Positions 59,395-64,000 of a stretch of DNA of 64,000 bases are shown here, in pieces. The position numbers and the translations under genes are program-made. The notes beneath the pieces were generated by a model. It did no database searches, was not told the origin of the DNA, and saw only the letters and a program-made list of their open reading frames with translations. Numbering within the stretch: the first letter of the stretch is position 1; each line of letters starts with the position of its first letter. Source of the stretch: a virus; IMG/VR virus record IMGVR_UViG_3300025083_000016, positions 9,848 through 73,847 of that record, one strand, 5' to 3'.

Positions 59395-62361
59395 ATGAAA
59401 CATTATGTACCATTATTATTAATAGTTTTTTCTCTTTTTGGCTGTGAAGAACAGGTAATTAATCAAGAAGATTTAAGACCTGATTTTGAAAGCATTCCAG
59501 CACCAACAAGACCTAGTCAAGATCAATTAATTGAAGAAGATATAGAGATAATTGATGATTATTTAACTGATGACTTATCAGTAGAAGATATGTTTGTACA
59601 AGAAGATTATGATATGACAATTGACCAAAACGTTCAACCTGTAGCTTTGGAAAGTTGTATGTCATGTCATAATAGCGCAACTGCAACAAATTATGATGGT
59701 TCAGGTATTGAAAACCCACATCCATTCCCTCCAGCAGATAATATAAAATGTACAACATGTCATGGAGGTAACGGTAGTGTAAATGGTAGATTAAATGCAC
59801 ATGTATCACCACCTCCTGAAATTGGTGACGATCAATATCAAGTGTTAAACCCAAAAGCTTTCTTTAATAGAACAACACTTTCAGGTATTGATAAATTACA
59901 GCCAGAAGTTTATACAGACGCAAATGGCAACACATATTCAAATTTAGATTATTTGCAGTTTATTAATCCAGGAGACCTAAGAGTAGTTAAAGAAGGAAGA
60001 GGATGTGGTACTAGTGGGTGTCACGGTGACCAACATGGTGACTGGGTAACAAAATCAACAATAGGCACAACAAATGGAATATTCAGTTCTACAAGATTTA
60101 TTGTAGGATTAGACAACGATATTCCAGAATATAGAATTGATGAAGAAGGAAATGCTTTAAGTGATTATGCGCCAAGAAGCGTAGAAAACGCATTATTTAG
60201 CTGGTTAGTTAGAAATGTTGGTGAAGTAGGTATGTTGCTAGAGCAAAGAGAATGGGCACAATATGATGGCTTTATGAGGCAAAACAATGGGTTTGATGCA
60301 AACTCACTAGCAAATGATATTGATAATACAGATTTACAAAGGCCTAATAGAATAAGAAACGGTTCTAATTTAGAAAAACTAGTAACAGAAGCTATTTCTA
60401 TAACTTGTGGTGACTGTCATTTATATAGTGCAGGTGCAAACAATAGATACGGAGACTTTAGATCATCTGGCTGTAGTTCATGTCATATGGAATATAGTTT
60501 AGACGGAAAAAGTAGATCTAGGGACCCAAACATAAACAAATTAGAGCCTGCTAATCCCGATCAGATTGCTCCTGGCGAAAGGTCTCATCCATCTGATCAT
60601 GTTATTAGAAACATAAGTAAAACTATTAACAACGTTCAAGTAAGAGGTATTACAGACAACGCATGTGTAGGTTGTCATCAAGGTTCAAATAGAACGGTTT
60701 TACAATTCTGGGGAATTAGACTAGATCAAAATAAAGATTTAACAAATAATACACAATATCCAGATAATCCTGAAAACTTTACAAATACAGCAAATGATAG
60801 AAGACTTTTTGATCCTGCAGTAAATAATAACACTTTCAATGGAAGAGATGCTGACCAATATATATTATTTGAAGACTATGATGGCGACGGATTAGATGAC
60901 ACACCTCCTGATATTCATTATGAAAGAGGTTTAGGTTGCATTGATTGTCATAGCAGCAGAGATTTACACGGTGGCACTGCTGGAGACGTAACTAATGGTA
61001 AAATACAAAGTAGACAAGATCAGAGCACGTTTATTACTTGTGAAAGCTGTCATGGGACAATAGAGGAATACGCAACAACTTCAGAGTGTAAAGACTACAG
61101 TAATCAAGATTCACAATGTGCACAAGATAGACTCGGAAATTCACTTAGAAATGTAACTGTAGATCCGTCAGGAAACTATTGGCTAAAGAGTAAAGTTTTT
61201 GGAACAACTCATTATATAAGTCAAATTAAAGATATTACGAGACAAACAAACAAAGCACATCCAAGAACAGGACAACTTATTTATAATCCTAATGCTGCAT
61301 ATGCAATGGGTCGAATAGGTACAGCTCCTGGAAATGGTCCTATTCAAGCAGATCCTTTAAAATATTCTCAAAACTTCAGTCATACAGATGATATGGATTG
61401 TGCATCTTGTCATTCTTCTTGGACAAATAATTGTATAGGTTGTCATTTAAGAACAGACTATAATGATAATCCAAATGAATATTTCTTTAGTAATATAACA
61501 GGAGAAAGAATATTATTAGCAGAAGGCGCAGCAGACTTTGTCTACCAGAGTCCAGTGCTTTCATACTTAGGGATTAATAGTAAAGGAAAGATTACACAGA
61601 TTGATCCAGCAGAGAAAATGTTTTATAGATATGTGGATTTAAATGGCAACGAATCTCAAGTTTTTGCATTTGGTGATCGATTGGGTGAAGGTAATAATCC
61701 AAATGTAGGCGGAAGAAACCAATTCCCAGCATTAGCAATGAATCAAATGGCACCACATAGCATAAGAGGAAGACTTTCACCTAATCAAAATGCTGAGCCT
61801 TTGAAGTATTGTGTTGCATGTCACTTAACAGAAAATGCAATTGATAATTTTGGTGATGAATATGCTTTATTTAAAGATTTGTACTTTAATAATGACATTC
61901 AAGGCTTGTTTGACAATGGGTTCTTTGATTTAATGCAAGAACATATTGGTAGGAATACAAATAATCAAATAGACTCACCTTTCTATGTTCATATGACAAC
62001 AGGACTAGGAACATCTTTATTTATGTTTGATCAAAATGGTTGTCCAGTTAATCCGTTAGATAATAATGCAAATCGAGAATACTGTGATGGTAATGCACCT
62101 GCTAATAATTTTGATCCTAATAATGTTTTTTATGACTTAGATAGAATTGTAGAGATAACTGGACAAACAAATAGCTCTAGCTCACATACAAGAATAAACA
62201 ATCTAGGGCCAAGAAGAGATGGAAACAATTACAACATGTCAGGACCTTTAAATAGACAGTTAATTGAAAAGCTTTCAGATCCAAATCAAGGTTTAATATT
62301 AGATTCTTGGTTAGATGCTAATGGTAATGCACAAGGTAATGCAGCAGACTTTATTCAATAG
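59395..62361 (+). CDS. Multiheme c-type cytochrome lipoprotein (11 predicted hemes)
   Basis: Signal peptide with lipobox LFG-C17. Heme motifs in order: CMSCH, CTTCH, CGTSGCH, CGDCH, CSSCH, CVGCH, CIDCH, CESCH, CASCH, CIGCH, CVACH. AAGGA RBS. Confidence 0.93.
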   Translation: MKHYVPLLLIVFSLFGCEEQVINQEDLRPDFESIPAPTRPSQDQLIEEDIEIIDDYLTDDLSVEDMFVQEDYDMTIDQNVQPVALESCMSCHNSATATNYDGSGIENPHPFPPADNIKCTTCHGGNGSVNGRLNAHVSPPPEIGDDQYQVLNPKAFFNRTTLSGIDKLQPEVYTDANGNTYSNLDYLQFINPGDLRVVKEGRGCGTSGCHGDQHGDWVTKSTIGTTNGIFSSTRFIVGLDNDIPEYRIDEEGNALSDYAPRSVENALFSWLVRNVGEVGMLLEQREWAQYDGFMRQNNGFDANSLANDIDNTDLQRPNRIRNGSNLEKLVTEAISITCGDCHLYSAGANNRYGDFRSSGCSSCHMEYSLDGKSRSRDPNINKLEPANPDQIAPGERSHPSDHVIRNISKTINNVQVRGITDNACVGCHQGSNRTVLQFWGIRLDQNKDLTNNTQYPDNPENFTNTANDRRLFDPAVNNNTFNGRDADQYILFEDYDGDGLDDTPPDIHYERGLGCIDCHSSRDLHGGTAGDVTNGKIQSRQDQSTFITCESCHGTIEEYATTSECKDYSNQDSQCAQDRLGNSLRNVTVDPSGNYWLKSKVFGTTHYISQIKDITRQTNKAHPRTGQLIYNPNAAYAMGRIGTAPGNGPIQADPLKYSQNFSHTDDMDCASCHSSWTNNCIGCHLRTDYNDNPNEYFFSNITGERILLAEGAADFVYQSPVLSYLGINSKGKITQIDPAEKMFYRYVDLNGNESQVFAFGDRLGEGNNPNVGGRNQFPALAMNQMAPHSIRGRLSPNQNAEPLKYCVACHLTENAIDNFGDEYALFKDLYFNNDIQGLFDNGFFDLMQEHIGRNTNNQIDSPFYVHMTTGLGTSLFMFDQNGCPVNPLDNNANREYCDGNAPANNFDPNNVFYDLDRIVEITGQTNSSSSHTRINNLGPRRDGNNYNMSGPLNRQLIEKLSDPNQGLILDSWLDANGNAQGNAADFIQ

Positions 62362-62467
62362 CTGATTTAAACTGTTTCGTTTTGCTTCTGTTTTATGTGT
62401 TTAAATTATGATATTTTACACTTATTATATATAATTAATACAAAACAGAGAAGGAACAAGAACAATT

Positions 62468-62797
62468 ATGAAAAGAAAAGAAACAAGTAAACTTTTAAAT
62501 GAGTGGAAAAGCTTTTTAAATGAAAGTCAATTAGACACTGATGCTCTTGAAAATTTTGATGATGCTAATGCTTTAAACGCACCATATGAAGAGCCTAGAG
62601 GAGTGGATGAAGACAAAGAAGCAATATTTTGGGCACTTTCTCAAATGGGTCTTAATGAAAAAAATATTTCTGATGTTTTAAATATGCTGAGTGGAATGAA
62701 GTCATCAAGTATTGCTGAGTTAGCTGAAGAGTTTGATGAGCAAGCATTTGGTAGTCGTGAAGAACTAGAAAAAGACATACATTTATCAGAAAGATAA
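62468..62797 (+). CDS. Small acidic protein, putative internal head protein
   Basis: N-terminal KLLNEWKSFLNE; preceded by ATAATTA and AAGGA. Confidence 0.6.
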   Translation: MKRKETSKLLNEWKSFLNESQLDTDALENFDDANALNAPYEEPRGVDEDKEAIFWALSQMGLNEKNISDVLNMLSGMKSSSIAELAEEFDEQAFGSREELEKDIHLSER

Positions 62798-62800
62798 TTT

Positions 62801-63175
62801 ATGAAATTTCCAATTTTTATAGAGAATTCAAGAATACCTGTCTGGTTAAGTAAATTTTCTCCGATTAATATAAATGCAATTACATTAGGACCTATTGTCT
62901 TAAGTCGTTCAACACTGTCAGAAAGAGTGAAGAGACATGAAACTATTCATTTCATGCAGTATAAAGAACTCTTTTTTATTGGCTTTTTGTTAGTATATCT
63001 ATTTGATTATTTATATGCAGCGATAATTAAGAGAAAAGGTTTTTCTCGTGAGTCTTATTTGTCAATTCGGTTTGAGCAAGAAGCTTATGATAACGATCAT
63101 GATATTGATTATCTAAAAAGAAGAAAAAAGTTTCGATGGAAAGACTATCCATTGGGCGGAAAAAACAAGGAATAG
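62801..63175 (+). CDS. HExxH-motif (zincin-like) small protein
   Basis: AITLGP...RHETIHFMQ, a hydrophobic helix, then FEQEAY. Confidence 0.65.
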   Translation: MKFPIFIENSRIPVWLSKFSPININAITLGPIVLSRSTLSERVKRHETIHFMQYKELFFIGFLLVYLFDYLYAAIIKRKGFSRESYLSIRFEQEAYDNDHDIDYLKRRKKFRWKDYPLGGKNKE

Positions 63176-63178
63176 ATT

Positions 63179-63700
63179 ATGCCATTTTCATATCAAGGAA
63201 AGAAACAACAAATAAAGCAAATAAACACATCACCTTCAAAATCTGAAGTTGCTGCTGCAAAAGAGCTAGGAATAGATCTTGCTAAAAATTGGAGAGCATA
63301 TTCTAAAGAAGCACGTCTTCATGTTTATGTTTCCAATATGAAAGAAATGGTTAGATTTTATAATCAAATATTAGAGTTTCCAGTTGTACGATATTGGAGA
63401 TACTCTGACGGTGATGGGACAATGTTAGATATTGGTGGGAATGCAATAGAACTCTTTTCAAAAGGAAGACGAAATTTTTCTGATAAGAATTTTTATGGAA
63501 GTGTTTCGTTATCTATTAAAGTTCAAGATGTTTGCAAGCTATATGAAAAGTTTTGTAAAAAAAATATAAAGCTAGGAGAACTAGTTAGTCACGAGTGGGG
63601 AGACACATCTTTTAAAGTAATTGACCCTGAAGGTAATCGTTTAGTATTCTTCAGTCCTGATATTTCAAAAGAGAAATATTATAAGGTTAGAAGAGGATAG
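63179..63700 (+). CDS. VOC/glyoxalase/bleomycin-resistance fold protein with an N-terminal extension
   Basis: LHVYVSNM....RFY..ILEF, IELF, LSIKVQDV..LY, and WGDTSFKVIDPEGNRLVF. Confidence 0.85.
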   Translation: MPFSYQGKKQQIKQINTSPSKSEVAAAKELGIDLAKNWRAYSKEARLHVYVSNMKEMVRFYNQILEFPVVRYWRYSDGDGTMLDIGGNAIELFSKGRRNFSDKNFYGSVSLSIKVQDVCKLYEKFCKKNIKLGELVSHEWGDTSFKVIDPEGNRLVFFSPDISKEKYYKVRRG

Positions 63701-63721
63701 ACTGCAAAGGAGATAATATCT

Positions 63722-63991
63722 ATGTCATGGGATGTTTACGTTGTTGTCTGTTTTGACAATTCTTTTTACTGTGGTATTACAACAGATATCGAAAGAAGAA
63801 TAAAACAGCATAACGGAGAGTTATCTGGTGGCGCAAAGTATACAAGAGGACGACGTCCTTGTCGTTTAGCGTATAAAGAAAAAGCCGAGAATAGATCCTC
63901 GGCTTTAAAAAAAGAGTATTGGTTTAAAAAACTCTCAAGAAGAGAGAAAGAAAAATATATTTCTTATCCTTCTGAACCTTCTGAACTTTGA
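63722..63991 (+). CDS. Small GIY-YIG nuclease (UPF0213/YhbQ-like)
   Basis: VYVV.C.D.SFYCGITTDIERR..QHN...GAKYTRGRRP...E...RSSALKKE..FKKLSR.EK; AAGGAG RBS. Confidence 0.9.
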   Translation: MSWDVYVVVCFDNSFYCGITTDIERRIKQHNGELSGGAKYTRGRRPCRLAYKEKAENRSSALKKEYWFKKLSRREKEKYISYPSEPSEL

Positions 63992-64000
63992 GATTCTGAA

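Noticed and set aside
59395-62361. Cytochrome as host chromosome at a prophage boundary
   Set aside because: There is no integrase or run of housekeeping genes. Codon bias matches the phage, and the next gene carries a phage head-type tag. Chimeric assembly still needs a read-level check.
1-64000. Stop-codon reassignment, as seen in some large phages
   Set aside because: Genes are full length under the standard code, and TAA, TAG and TGA all terminate well-defined genes.
63964-64000. Possible 3' end of a convergent minus-strand gene (...SESQSSEGSEG*), with a short CCTTCTGAA repeat
   Set aside because: Only 12 codons are visible at the window edge, too few to support a feature.

Overview
This is a 64-kb, very AT-rich, gene-dense segment of a large T4-like (contractile-tailed, probably jumbo) bacteriophage genome. 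It uses the standard genetic code and almost all genes lie on the + strand. From left to right: (i) a truncated minus-strand tail-fibre-like gene; (ii) a Cas4/AddB-like nuclease, two GT-B glycosyltransferases and a gp55-like late sigma factor; (iii) a ~35-kb baseplate/tail block with gp5-like spike, gp25, gp6, LamG- and FN3-containing proteins and several giant Asn-rich ORFs; (iv) RuvC, primase and a single-chain Mre11-Rad50 (gp47-gp46) fusion; (v) a head module with terminase, portal, prohead protease, internal/scaffold proteins and major capsid protein; (vi) a Hef-like endonuclease; (vii) accessory genes. The outstanding feature is a 988-aa lipoprotein multiheme cytochrome c (10 CXXCH + 1 CX4CH) at 59395-62361. 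It has phage genes on both sides, phage-like codon usage, and the same upstream motif as the virion genes. A second notable signal is a probable nested in-frame gene inside the scaffold ORF, with its own candidate promoter motif, Shine-Dalgarno and ATG. I found no tRNA, rRNA or CRISPR array. All calls come from reading motifs by eye; no database searches were run.
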